Positions 41,552 to 55,600 of a stretch of DNA of 64,000 bases are shown here, in pieces. Location: contig NC_043007.1 of NCBI RefSeq assembly GCF_006345805.1, positions 7,316,001 through 7,380,000 of the forward strand. The letters run 5' to 3'. Origin of the DNA: Octopus sinensis (taxonomy: Eukaryota). The position numbers were made by a program, and so were the translations under genes. Within the stretch, counting starts at the first letter, position 1, and every line of letters starts with the position of its first letter. Under the pieces are notes generated by a model that searched no databases, was not told the DNA's origin, and was given only the letters and a program-made list of their open reading frames with translations.

Positions 41552-43485
41552 CATACATACATACATACATATATATATATATATTAACTCCTTTGTGTGT
41601 ATAAACACACACACACACACACGTATGTATATGCTCTGTATAAATGTGTACTTGTCGGGAGGGAGTTAACTGGTCAGCCTTTATAACCTGCTGCAAGTTT
41701 GCATGATGAGGAGGGTTACTTTAGAGATGCTGCAGCATAAAACAAAAGCTTTTAACAAGTTGAGGGATACAGCTGTTTCGATTCCCATTTAATAGTGTAA
41801 CAATGTGTACATATGCACATTAAATGTCTATATTTGTGTGTGATCGTGTGTATGTGTGTTTAGTAATATGTTTTTATTCCTTACAAATAACGTGTGAACT
41901 AAATGTGTAACAATCATCTCCACACTTCAAATTTGACCGCAACAGGTCAACGAGTCAACTCGTGCAGATAGCAACACACCGTCACCTTCTGATTGAAACC
42001 ATGATTCAGAAAAAACGGTAATAATGCTATAGCATTGACACCAACGAATTTAGTTATGAATCGAGATCTAGGAGAAACCCTTCGGCCACATTGGTAACCT
42101 TCTACAGTTTCATACAGACTTAGTTTTCTTGACTTTATCTTGCTACTAGGAATATTTTACCAGGAAAAAAAGATTAAGTATGATATGCGAGCAGTATTCA
42201 TTTTTTTTTAAACCTTGCAAGAGTCTAGCATTTGTGTCTAGCGAGTAACACCTCGTGGCACATACTTGACTGACCCCTAATTTGAGATCGAATATTTATT
42301 TTTGTAGCGATCAGCAACAATGTAATACACCCATATCCGTAGTTTAGACGTCCGCAATTCTGGGTATTCGTTGCAGTTTTCTACCTGCCTTACAAGTAGA
42401 CTGCGTCCCTTTTCCAGGTGTAAAAGTTATGTAGTCATCCATAATCGTCTTTGATTTCTGGAAACTGGACATCTTGAAGCCACAAATGGTAGATCATGCA
42501 TTGGGATACGGTTTGTATTAGACTTCCCGACTAATGAATACCACCACTTTCGTTGCTTCAGCTACATTGAAGTTGCAACACAGGCGTGTGGGGGGGAGGG
42601 GATTAGTTGTGATTCTCTGGTCTCCTCCATGGATCCGTCCCCATTTTCAGTGCCGTATTGTTGAAGCGGTCGTCTTCCTTAATCATCAACAGACAAACCT
42701 AATGATCTTACACAGCTTCTCCTTCATAGTTCTTTCATTCATTCGTTTCCTCATTCACGTGTTTCTTCATTTATTTATTTATTATCTCTTACCAGATCAT
42801 CGTCAAATTTGATGCGAGAATTATTATCGAGATATTTACGAAGTAGAGTGGCTTTCTTTTTTGTGTTTATTTATTTATTTATTTGTTTTACATTGAAAAA
42901 AATACTATTTCTGTGAAAATCTGTCGGTTACATCGACCTCTCACCAATTATAAAAAGAATATTATTATTGAATGCGGTTGTACAACTTAAAAATAATTCA
43001 CGAATGTATATCTGCCAATAATATTTTGTACATCCTTATATCATTATTTATCGAGTTATATTAAATAAATAATAAAAATATAATAAATAAATAGTAAAAT
43101 AACATAGGCTATGAAATTTCAAGATCATTATGATACGGTGGCATGCGATAGCAATAATAAATTTATCATTGTTCGCTGCTTACGAACATTATTAGCAAAG
43201 GATATTAATTATATTTATTGAAGTGTTGCCATACTTTCAGAGAAGAAGAAAAAACAAAAGAGAACAAAAACAAAGCTTTGACCGCTGAACATTCGAATGT
43301 TTCACGGGTGTTTAACTTATCCTCTGCAGCCAGCATCTAATGTCGTGGCCAATTAAGTTCCCTTTTCATGTAATACGTCTGTTGCGTGCTGGTTACATAT
43401 TTTCTTATCTTACTCACAGAGAATATCAACATACAAATACATATGGCAACGTATATATGTATGTGTGCATGTGTGTGTATGTATG

Positions 43486-43562
<77 letters not shown>

Positions 43563-43579
43563 TATATATATATAAATAT

Positions 43580-43702
<123 letters not shown>

Positions 43703-43896
43703 GCGTGTTGGTTACATATTTTCTTATCTCACTCAGAAGAACATCAACATACAAATATGTATGACAACAAATATGTGTGTGTTTGTTGTTTGTTTGTATG
43801 TATGTATATATATATGTGTGTGTGTGTATGTATATGTATTCTGTATATACACATACACATACACACACAAACACACACGGACGCATATATATACAT

Positions 43897-44146
43897 ATTG
43901 GGTTGGTGCATAATTATTGCGGTTTTTTTAACAAACTTTATTCAACAAAGACAATAACAACACGTAACAAATCATCTTTAAATAATTATTCCAGGGCATA
44001 TTCACCATCTACTTCAAATGCTGCTTCCGATTTGCTTGGAAGACGGCCGAACCGTCATTTAAAGAAGTTTTTGTTAAAATATTGTTATTGTTTTGTTGAA
44101 TAAAATTTGTTGAAAAAAACCCGCAATAATTATGCACCAACCCATT
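43897..44146 (-). mobile_element. Mariner (Hsmar1/cecropia-like TIR) deletion derivative / MITE
   Basis: TIRs TGGGTTGGTGCATAATTATTGCGG..TTTT extend about 65 bp. The internal minus strand encodes RLPSKSEAAFEVDGEYA, like a transposase C-terminus. Confidence 0.85.
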
Positions 44147-44789
44147 ATATGTATATGTATATATATGTGTGGGTGTGTGTGTGTGTGTGTGTGTCAATGT
44201 GTACTTGCAAAGATGCATATGTATGCTTGTGTCTGTGAGTCCTTGATTTTGTTTACGTGTGTCTGAAATTTGTCGCATCACCTTTTACTTTTCCTATTAT
44301 ATTCTCTACATGTTTCGGGCTTAAACTGGCCATTAACATAATAGCATTTAGCGAGGAATTATAAACTTATTTCAAACACAGCCATACATACATGAATATG
44401 CATGTGTGTGTGTATGTGTGTGTTTGTGCATTTGGGACACATAATAAAGAAGAAAAGAAATTAAATTACTTGCTCGTGGGACTGGCTAACTAGAAATTAA
44501 ATCGTTCTGATAGGAATCGTAATAGCAAGTCATGTCTCTTTAGAACCACATTTATCTCGTGGGCTGTCGTTTATTTCACAGGCTAGACTTGCTCGGAGAC
44601 TGTCGAGTGGTCACATGACCAGCAGCTAGACCTGTCAGTCTGGAGCAGACTTGCAAATTATCGTTACACCAATAATTACACTTGTGCAATTTACGATTCT
44701 TCGGAGTCAGAGATTATTTTCAATTACCGGAGGGATTGCAAATTAGTGTCTCAAGTCCATTCTCCATGTGAGTGCGCGTGTGCGGGGAG

Positions 44790-44823
44790 AAAGAGACACA
44801 GAAAGACAGGCAGACAGACAGAC

Positions 44824-44878
<55 letters not shown>

Positions 44879-44879
44879 A

Positions 44880-44926
<47 letters not shown>

Positions 44927-44973
44927 TAGATAGATAGATAGATAGATATATAGATAGATAGATAGATAGATAT

Positions 44974-45052
<79 letters not shown>

Positions 45053-45053
45053 T

Positions 45054-45095
<42 letters not shown>

Positions 45096-45100
45096 GATAG
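44790..45100. repeat. (GATA)n/(GACA)n microsatellite
   Basis: Direct inspection. Confidence 0.95.
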
Positions 45101-46218
45101 ATGCAGCGGTTTATTCCATATATTATAATTCAATAAAATTAGAGGGTAGTTGTGAACTTTTGCTAAGAAATTTTATGCAAGCATCACTTGGTGAATATGT
45201 TGCCTTTTATTTATTACTCTACTTCAAGACATTTTAATAAATTCTTACAAATATAATAAAACAAAGTAAAAAAAATCTATACACTGAAAAATACGAAAGA
45301 GACTGCTATTTCAAAAGAGACTCTCTACATTGCATTAAATTACGTTATGAATAAATTAATTCCGATGCTATTTCATTATGTAAATAACTTTAGATATATT
45401 ATTTAATCCGATCACTATCTCTATTTCTATTCTCAACGGTTTAATTATTTTGTATTTTGCTTTAGAATTGTTCATTTATATTTTATTAAAGAATACTAGT
45501 TGATGGTGTACAGTCATCTGAAATGTGAGTGCATGTAATGGAAACTATGTTTAACCAACGTTCTTCTGACCAGAGTGAGGCTACGCTTACGAGATCTTTC
45601 TGAGTGCAGCATTCAGCTCCGCTGACTTCCTCTGGATTAGCATTTCCTCCGGATTCACCGTTCCTGCAAGATAAAAAAAAATTGTGATAATTTCCTTGCA
45701 ATTTGTTGCACTGGACGAATCCTGTAATTCTTGGACGAGTGAAAGACAACAATATTTATGTGTATATATTGTGTGAGTCTTTATGTTTTGTGTGTATGGG
45801 TATGTCGTGATAGAAAGACGAGCAAAAAAGCGCACACACTTGTTTAACATAATCATCTATAAATATCAAATTCCCTTATACAACAAATGGTCTAAAAGCT
45901 GGGACAAAGGCACATACTGTGAAACACGCCATACTGAGGAAATTAGAAAGACTACAGACCGCATGTCTGAAACGAGTAAAAGAATAAAAGAATATATGTG
46001 ATCCCTCTGTCCAACATTCACCATGATAAATCGCTAGCCACTACACGTTCTTTATTTTCTTTCCTTCTTTCTTTCGGTGTTCTTTTATGTGAAAGAGCGT
46101 AGGCTCGAAACGTTAATGACTTTTACACTTCCCGAGCGTCATACTAATACATCTGTTTGTTGTCTACACCACCTGTCTTGGTCTTTTGTTTTTCGTGAAT
46201 TCTCCCCCTATGTGTATG

Positions 46219-46298
<80 letters not shown>

Positions 46299-46332
46299 AT
46301 GAAAAGAAGACAAAGACAACACTTTAACACAT

Positions 46333-46468
46333 CTTTAATAATTCGTTACAATTGTTTCTGTGCCAAATCTATTTGCAGCGCCGATTTGCACAAATTTCTA
46401 AATGAAAATTTACGTAATGTTTGCGGTCTTAGTCACAAGAGAGGCATTTCATCAGACTTGCATCAAAG
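46333..46468 (-). ncRNA. Candidate hammerhead with an insert of about 90 nt in stem II
   Basis: GT-CTGATGA-AATGCC...GGCACA-GAAA-CAATT-GTA-AC. Palindromic ACAATTGT. Stem I is only 2 bp plus a distal CTTTGAT/ATTAAAG pairing. Confidence 0.5.
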
Positions 46469-46535
46469 ATATGTTGTAACATTGTGCGTATTTCAGACCT
46501 TGTATTTTGGCTTGCATCGAGAGGAAACATAATAT

Positions 46536-46601
<66 letters not shown>

Positions 46602-46633
46602 GTGTATAAGGGTGGAAAGGTACACACGAGTTG

Positions 46634-46919
<286 letters not shown>

Positions 46920-46931
46920 ATATATATATAT

Positions 46932-47805
46932 ATTATATAATTAGGGCTTAGTAAAATAAATTACTTTGCCACATACTGAACTTAGTAGAAATAGCAGCCA
47001 AAAAAAATTTTCTTAGCATTTCTACTACTTAAAGAAAATTTCTCCCAGATAATGTTTAATCTAGACAGCTCACGAAGGTTTGGGGGTAAATACAGAAAAA
47101 TATCACAAGTACATAGATCGTTTGAGTACGTCAACGTTTCAAGATTAGCCAAATAAAATCAGCATTTCTTTCGTCAGCTCAAAATTTCTTAATTTGGATT
47201 TGGATTTGGAAACACTAAACAGAAGGAACTTTACCTATCAGCGAACTTGTCGTTTCAGATGAACCACTCCAACTAAACAGTGTCAACAAATTCAAAATGC
47301 GCAGGCGTAAAATTCTGCACTCCCCATTCCACCCACGTGGTCTATCTAGCAAACATTATATTTTAACCGCGAGAACCGAGGCAGTATGACCGAGAGAAAT
47401 GAATTATAATATCAACAATTGAGGGTAAAATTAATTAATTAATCAATTTCACCAAGTGTTCAGTATGTAAAAGGACCATTTAAGGCGAATTCAAAATATT
47501 ACATTATATAATTAGGGCTTAGTAAAATAAATTACTTTGCCACATACTGAACTTAGTAGAAATAGCAGCCAAAAAAATTTTCTTAGCATTTCTACTACTT
47601 AAAGAAAATTTCTCTTAAGTAGTAGAAATGCTAAGAAAATTTTTTTTGGCTGCTATTTCTACTAAGTTCAGTATGTGGCAAAGTAATTTATTTTACTAAG
47701 CCCTAATTATATAATGTAATATTTTGAATTCGCCTTAAATGGTCCTTTTACATACTGAACACTGGTGAAATTGATTAATTAATTAATTTTACCCTCAATT
47801 GTTGA
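46932..47805 (-). mobile_element. Penelope-like pLTR: unit of about 571 bp with a 112-bp direct repeat plus a 190-bp fold-back
   Basis: 46932-47044 matches 47503-47614. 47412-47602 is the reverse complement of 47615-47805. A hammerhead lies inside, and both flanks are (TA)n. Confidence 0.85.
47121..47183 (-). ncRNA. Type I hammerhead ribozyme
   Basis: TTTGAG-CTGACGA-AAGA aat GCTGA ttttat TTGGC taa TCTT-GAAA-CGTtgAC-GTA-CTCAAA. Perfect stem I, intact core and GUA triplet. Confidence 0.85.
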
Positions 47806-47817
47806 AATTATATATAT

Positions 47818-47891
<74 letters not shown>

Positions 47892-48288
47892 TATACATAT
47901 ATATACATACATACTTGCATGCATACATACATATATACATACATGCATACATATATGGTCAAAATAATTAGCTTGAAGCTATAGGGCACGCACTCACACC
48001 CTAGTGCACGGTCCCATACACATATACACGGATACTTTTATATGCATATATTGTTCACATATGAGGTCCAGAGGTTCTCCTTATAGAAGACAGTAGTGCT
48101 CAAAGATTCAAACTTAAATTCTAATGTATTGATATATATATAATATATATATATATATATAATATATATATACATACATATATGTATGTACGTATGCATG
48201 TATGTATGTATGTATGTATGTACTTATGTATGTACGTATGTATGTATGTATGTATGTATGTACGTATGTATGTACGTATGTATGTATG

Positions 48289-48319
<31 letters not shown>

Positions 48320-48560
48320 GTAAAAGCTCATACCTTAGCGTGTTGCACTGATGATCGTAAGAATGAGGGTTCGATTCCAGAACCGAATGGTGTGTTGTGT
48401 TCTTGACCAAAACATTTTATTTCACGTTACTCCTACTCAGCTGGCAGAAATGAGTAAGCCTTCGACTGACCAGCGTCTCATCCCGGGGAGAAAACATACG
48501 ACAGTGAATCCGGGAAACCAGCCCTATCAGAGCCAATGGCTCACAAAAGGACCGTTGATA
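48320..48560 (+). mobile_element. Degraded tRNA-derived SINE (third family)
   Basis: B-box-like GGGTTCGATTCC followed by GTGTTGTGTTCTTGACCAAAACATTTTATTTCACGTT. Confidence 0.5.
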
Positions 48561-49568
48561 CTTTTTCATACATATGTACACCTCTATTAAGAATTTGACT
48601 CAGCTCCATACTATGTTGCAGGTGCAGAACACATCCATTTGATTGTTAATTTCGTGTATTTACTGACTCATACATACGCATTTTGTGTGTGTGTGTGTGT
48701 AAAGAGAGAGAGAGAGAGAGAAAAAAAACAGACAGATATAAAGGAGGGGTAACCGGTATTTTCGTAGGAAAATTCGCATTACTCTCACGAGCTTTTATCA
48801 ATTCTTGCAAAGGAAATATATGTTGGAACAGAATCTTTCGAATCCCCGTCAAACCAAACTCCTTCCTATGTCTACCTCTGCACGTCTTTTTTCAGTTTTG
48901 TCGTTTTCCCGCTTTCTGTTTTTTCTCTCCTTTTCTCACTATCTCCCCCCCCCCCCGTCTTTCTCTCTCTCTCACTCCCTCTCTCAATCTCACTCCCACT
49001 CACACCCCAACAGTTATAGAATTCCAAATGAACTCTCAGATACTACTGGTATCTTGTGAATATTCTACGCAAGGCATTGTGTATGAAAGTTCTAAAAGTT
49101 CTACAATTATTTCATTCGTCAATTCTTAAAAATCTTGCGAACAGGGAAATAACAAGATTATCCTTAAATCCGCTACACTTTTCCATTTTCTGTTGAGCTC
49201 ATCTCATTCTGTGACAATTATTAAGGACATTTCCAATAAATTCTACGTCATTATTATTTACCATCACTCTTGATATATCTGTATCTAATTCCTACATATA
49301 TTTTTTTTTATTTCCTGGCGCTACTCCATGCTAATATATTACCAATTAAATTGATATTCAACATCCTCGAGGCAGAATTCATATACTTAACTCTATTCAA
49401 AATTAAATTATTATATATCGATTCTTACAAGCATATTCAATAATGCATGTTTTTATGCACCCAAATCATTCGTATTAGAGTATGATAATTGGCTATCGAT
49501 ACTTAAAGCCTGCTTTCCCAGAGCAAGCGTGTTTGTATGTATGTACGTGTATATATACACATATATAC

Positions 49569-49648
<80 letters not shown>

Positions 49649-52600
49649 TCAACATATTTATATATGTACCTATGTATGTCTGTGTGTACAAATATATATA
49701 TATATATATATATGGATATATGCATGTATGTATATGTAATTTTAATTGTTAATTGATTTAAATCTACCAAAGATAATTTGATTAAGTCTAATTCCAAATT
49801 GAAGTTCGATTAAGCCAAATTCAAATCTGAAAGTGCCTTGTTTAGAACGTGTTAAATAAATCGAGTGTTCGATCTCTGAACAGCAAGTTGATTCGATCTC
49901 TTCGATCAAATTGCGAATTGATAGTCAAAGACAATGCCTCTGGGACTATTCGCAACTACAATGCTTGTTTATGTGACTCGTTAAAGATCAGGAAAGAGTT
50001 TGGTGACCGCCATATATTTTATGACGCTTTTTGTCAAGCTAAAGAGAGTACGTAGAGTAAAGGAAACGAATAAATTTAATAAGCGGCTTTCAAGATGTCA
50101 TTGAGATTAAGATTAGTGTCAGCTATTGTGGCATTATTTATTAATATCTCTATGAAGATAAACGCTTCATTAAATTCATGACAATATAAAAATCAATACA
50201 GAAATTAGATATGAGTTATATCATGGAAGTAAAGCATAAAGTGGACGTACAGCTTTATGAGTAAGTTTGAAGGTGGTACAAATGTCTTGTTACCTGTATG
50301 AGATATTTTGACCCAATACTAATTGCTAGTAGATAGAAATGTTTCACCTTGCATGCTCGTAGTCAGTGGCAGGTTAGCAATATTGATATTTCCTCTGAAA
50401 TACTGATTTAATAACAGCATCTCACGTGATTAAAGGATTCTGTACGAAATATTTAGTCAATTCGTTTCTACTTTTTCAAATAAGCGATGTTTTAGCTGCG
50501 GATCAGCCATAAAAAGAGTAGGTATTTGATCAACTGAATTCCAACCATGACCCTCACGCATTTTAGAACTATCTAACTTCTGATTTGAGATCACAAGCAC
50601 ATTTCAGGAACATTTGGTGATTACAGGGACATTTGATTGTTATTTCTATCAGGTCAGAGACCACATAGAGCAATCACGAATGCGGCCCGCAGAGCTTTTT
50701 GAATGGAACACAGACGAACACGTACTTTAAACTTTATCACCCGATAATGAGCCATGTCTTATGTGTTCCCACTTCTCTGTACCATTCTCATTGTCCATTT
50801 ACCGGACACTGGGCTTGTGAGTCATTCGTATTACGTTCTTGTCGACAGCGGTTTCTGCAATACCTGTTCAAAGCAATATCTCACTTTTACTAGTCTGTCT
50901 AATTATTTGGTAATCTACAAATTTATGATGAAATATTAACAGTGAGTAGGGCAAATGTTGCCCACTCCCATCAAACAAAATAGTGAATGCGTTGCCTTGG
51001 AGAGTAGTGAGATGCTGAGAAACGGGATTCCTTCCAGCCGATTGCAATCTCTATTCTGATCAAACTGAGTAGGGAAATGATTCAGGGTCCAAGAAACCTG
51101 GAATTTCCTTCAACTGTAGGTTCGTAAGAAACCTTGTAAGGAGCAACTGATATTTCATTAGTTTGCGAACTCCTTCTGTTCAAAGCTGACTCAGCCGGTG
51201 ATTTGACCTCATTGCATCTTGAAGAAGGTTTCATACCTCAGCAAATTAGCTATAAGTTAATTGTCATGACAAATTTGAGTTGCCTATGTCTACCCAGATA
51301 TGACAAGGTACCACGGTACGCAATGCTTATTATGAAACGGATCTCTTACTGACTGATCAAATTCTATAACTTAATTCAGAAATAAATGAGTCCCTCTAAA
51401 TTTGGCTTTAACTCTTCTACATGAAAGCATGAATTACTTGTTGTAATATTTGATGTCAAGAGAAGATTAAGTTCTAATCAAAAGCCATCAGTGAATCGTA
51501 ACATTGAAACGTTCTACACATCAAGTAATACAAAAACGCCATAGAAGACTAAACCACGGTAATACAGTCAAATGTAAATAATGTAAATATTGTAAATAAT
51601 GTAAACCACGGTAGTTATGTGATATATAGAATTAAAATGTTTTTTTAATTATTATTATATGAGCTTTCTTTTTCCTTCACTCAAATTAATAAATGATGAA
51701 TTCTTCTATACATTGTATTTCTTCCTCTCTTCGGTAAATTGCTCTACGAAATAGTTTGCCTTGTCAATTTAATTCTTCTTATATTATGATATTAATATCC
51801 ACTTAACATCGCCCGTGTTTCTTATGAGGGAAAACAAAATAAGTGTGTCCCAAGTACTTCTATCAAATCAACTGCTTGCACATTCCAACATCATTTGTAG
51901 GCTCAAGATAATCTGAGAGATCATTATTACTTACAGGAATTACAACCGTGTTTCGTGGTCTGCTACCTCAACAACTTCTTTATATGATTCAGTTAGCTGA
52001 AAACATCATCAGGAGGAACCACGTCCAGTTTTGGCCCCTACTCTTCTACCGTTTTGACGTGGCGAGGCCCCACCTTTCGGAGGTGTCTTCAACTGTCTGC
52101 ACACTCCAACATCATTTGTAGGCTGAAGACGATCTGAGAGATCATTATTACTTACAAATATAATGGGGATTTTAGTGACAAGCTCTATTTGGTAGCGACC
52201 CAGGCACCTTGACAATGTGCTTAGTAGATCCTTTAAGAGTTTAGTCTTATTTTAGTCTTTTAAGAGTTGATAAAGTGGAAGTCATACACTGATATCACAC
52301 AGTTGTCAGCACACCTTCATAGAAATATATATCTCTGTCACAACGTTAGATGTTTTATTACGACTAAACCTGACTATAGCTTTTAACCTCTAACCGATTT
52401 CACATGAGTCCGTTTAGGTCTAGAGGGAAATATTTTGTTCGTTCCCTTTGCAGGATTTCCATGACTAGTGATATCACTATTAGTGTAAGTTGACAGCCGC
52501 AAGGAATATATGCTTGGAGAAAATTCCAAATTGTTGACACTCTTAGGTAGCAAGAATGGAAAGTGGCGGGCGCAGAGACTAAAGAAGCAGAATAAAAAGC

Positions 52601-55600
52601 AGAGAAGTAATACCCTGAGTTAGGTTAATGTGAATGGAGGGAGTTAGATAAATCAATTTCAATAGCACAACACTTTCCTCTCGAAAAGTAGCAGAAGTCG
52701 AAGGATTATGAAATTTCTGTACTAGGAATAGGAGTACACACTTAAAGCTAGTGAACATAAATGAAGAATTTACCGAAAAAAAGTGGGCGAATTTTTACAT
52801 TTGTACTTTTGTTATTGGAAAGTTTGAAAATTAGCCTTTTATGGACTCTTCTCCAATGTAACTCTTACACTCGTACGGTACTATTCTTGATTAGATTTTC
52901 TAAACCTTAAATTATTCTGAGTTGGATAAATTAGATTTAATTAAATTAATTTTTTTAAACAAACACACAGTTACATTGCAATCTTCTGCTGTAATTACGA
53001 AATGCAATTATATTATGAACACAATTCATACAACCAAATATTGTACAGTGTTTAACGAAAACAAATGTTACTTTGCACATCCGCCATTTAAAATTATCAT
53101 TTTAAATTTTCTTTTCCTTATTTGCATTATCTTCTTGATGTCCTTTCTGCTTTTTTTTTCTAAAGTTCATTCTTGTTTCTGTTTTTAGTTACTTTTTATA
53201 ACTTCTAGTTCTTAATGTTTATAAACATTTAAAAAAATCTTGGAGAGCTTTTTCATGTTTTTTACTTTTTATTTATTTTGATGTATCATTCGAATACATT
53301 TTCGTAATTTCTTTTTTTATTATTTCTGCGATGACAGAACTCACTGAAAATATTGAAATGCAATTATATATTGTTGCTGTTCTTTTTGTTTTAAGTTTAA
53401 AAATCTATGTTACTCTTGTTTTCTGTCTCGTAAAATTGTTCAAACAATCTTATTTTCGACGCAGAGGTTTTTTACAGATTCAATTTAATCGCAGATGCTT
53501 AGTGGAAATAAATGTCGTATGAGTTGTTGAATAGTTGCGAATATGTATTTACTGCCGTTGCTTTTCCTTAGTTTAGATCACATGATATCTACTCTGATAC
53601 TCAGAGCAATGATGAGTCAATATAGAGTTGAATTATTTCCTACGGAAACGGATGTACGCTTCATGACTTTACTGCCGTAATTGTACTGCATTTGTTGTTG
53701 TGGGCAGCTATCTTTGATTACATTATCTGACATCTTTCCGTTTTTAAGGTGGTAAGATATCAAAACAAATACAACACTTTGGTTGTTAGTTTTTGAAATG
53801 GTTTTAAACAAACACACTCACAATTACAATCTAACCCTCTTTTAAAGTTAAGTGCAATTTTATTGCGGAGACATTACATACAACCAAACGTGGTCCAGTG
53901 TAAACGTCGTAGACGATAAACTGTGGAAGTTGTAAAGATAATTTATGATGGAGGTTCTAAAGATAACTTGCGAATATATTTAGTCGCCAAAATAGCATTA
54001 AAGACATAAATTGCAGAATTACCATACGTATATCTCTAATTGTTGACGAATTGTGAAATTACTATGTGGATAAAGCATTGGTCTCTAATACAGTGTGCAT
54101 TTAAAAATGTTTGATACCTTTTCATTGAATTGCGCTTCTAGGAAGATCATTTTTACTTTACATTGACTTAGACATTTAAACAGAGGCCAGAACATTTGAG
54201 AAGGTTTCTATGGATAGATTGTTGAAGTGGTATGAAGTGTGTGTTATCCGTCAATTGCCGCCAAACAATTTATCACCCTTTAGTATTAAAGAATATCGCC
54301 CATCTTAGTACCGAAGAGAAACACGTGTTTATAACGTCCAGGCGAATAATTTGATTTACTAGAAAATTCACTTAACTATATATATATCACCTTGCAAAAT
54401 CTATTACTTCTATAAGAACAATTATAGATTTTAATACAGGACTAAAGCCAAAAGTTTCCTTTTGGTACTGAATTCATTTCGGTACTTAACTGATGCTTTA
54501 TCGAACCAACATACTAATTTCAGCACTTTGATACCCTACGAGACGTAAACCATAACCATATTTTCTTCACTGTTCTAGACGCTGGACTGCCTATTCTGCC
54601 TCTCTCTATTTGGATCTCTCCTTTTTTCTGCTCAGCCCCGTTTTCCGCCCCCGCCTATCCTTTGAGGATTTGATGCATTGCGCCATGTATTTACCTGAAA
54701 GAAGGTCTTCCTTATCTAAGTCTTGTTGGTATTTAATTATCATCGATGCTTCTGTAATCTTGCCCTTTGATTTGCTCTAAATGGGAGGCTCTAATAGGAT
54801 CTTGTACTTCGCTGGGAAATCTCTCAGGGTCATTCAAACGCACAATCCACTGCACCACAACTAGGACTGGACCTTGTAGCGGTTTTCTAACCATGATAGA
54901 GGACAAAGTAATGCAGGTTGCTTAGTCCAACCCCGAGTGATTATTTCAACCGATGAAGAACACTAATGGACCGAAAAGATATAAGAAAACTATTTTCCTA
55001 GCTTTTCACCTTCTCTTTCTATTTCATAAGTTCAAACTCTCCCGAAGTCGGCTTTAGTTTTTAATCAACCCTGGGGTATAGAAGTAAACAATAGAAACAT
55101 AGTTGGACTGATTCAATGATGTTATGTCGCACGTTCGGATGCCTCTACTACTCAACTCTGCTCTCTACTCTGTTCCACTGCTACCTGAGCTACTGCTCCA
55201 CTGTGCTCTCAGCTGTCCTCTTGACGTCTAGGGTTCTCCCTCTATATCTACGTATTGGGCGAGCCTACTTCATCGTCTGGGGTCGCCCACACAACAAATG
55301 ATATATATAAACATTTTTCTTTTCTTGAACTAAAAACCCAGTTATACTAACGCTCCGTCAACAAGTAATCTTTGTATATGATAGAGATTTCCTTTCCTAC
55401 GCAAGTGTAAGAAAATAAAATAAGAACACTTCCAATAAATCTGGTGAGTAAACAAGTTAACCACTGGGAATAAAGTAAATCTTTACAAACTTTGCAAGTT
55501 TACTTTCTTAAGCAGCATGTTGGTGTAAGCGTGAAATTCTGTTTGCAATATGTTAGCTTTGGGCTAACAATTCAACTTTTTCTACGGATAAATTTAGTCA

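Noticed and set aside
41762-41830. rc GAAACAGCTGTA with an adjacent hairpin
   Set aside because: The CUGANGA half is missing, truncated by simple repeats.
44300-44345. rc GCCCGAAACATGTA motif
   Set aside because: The first core box is unrecognisable.
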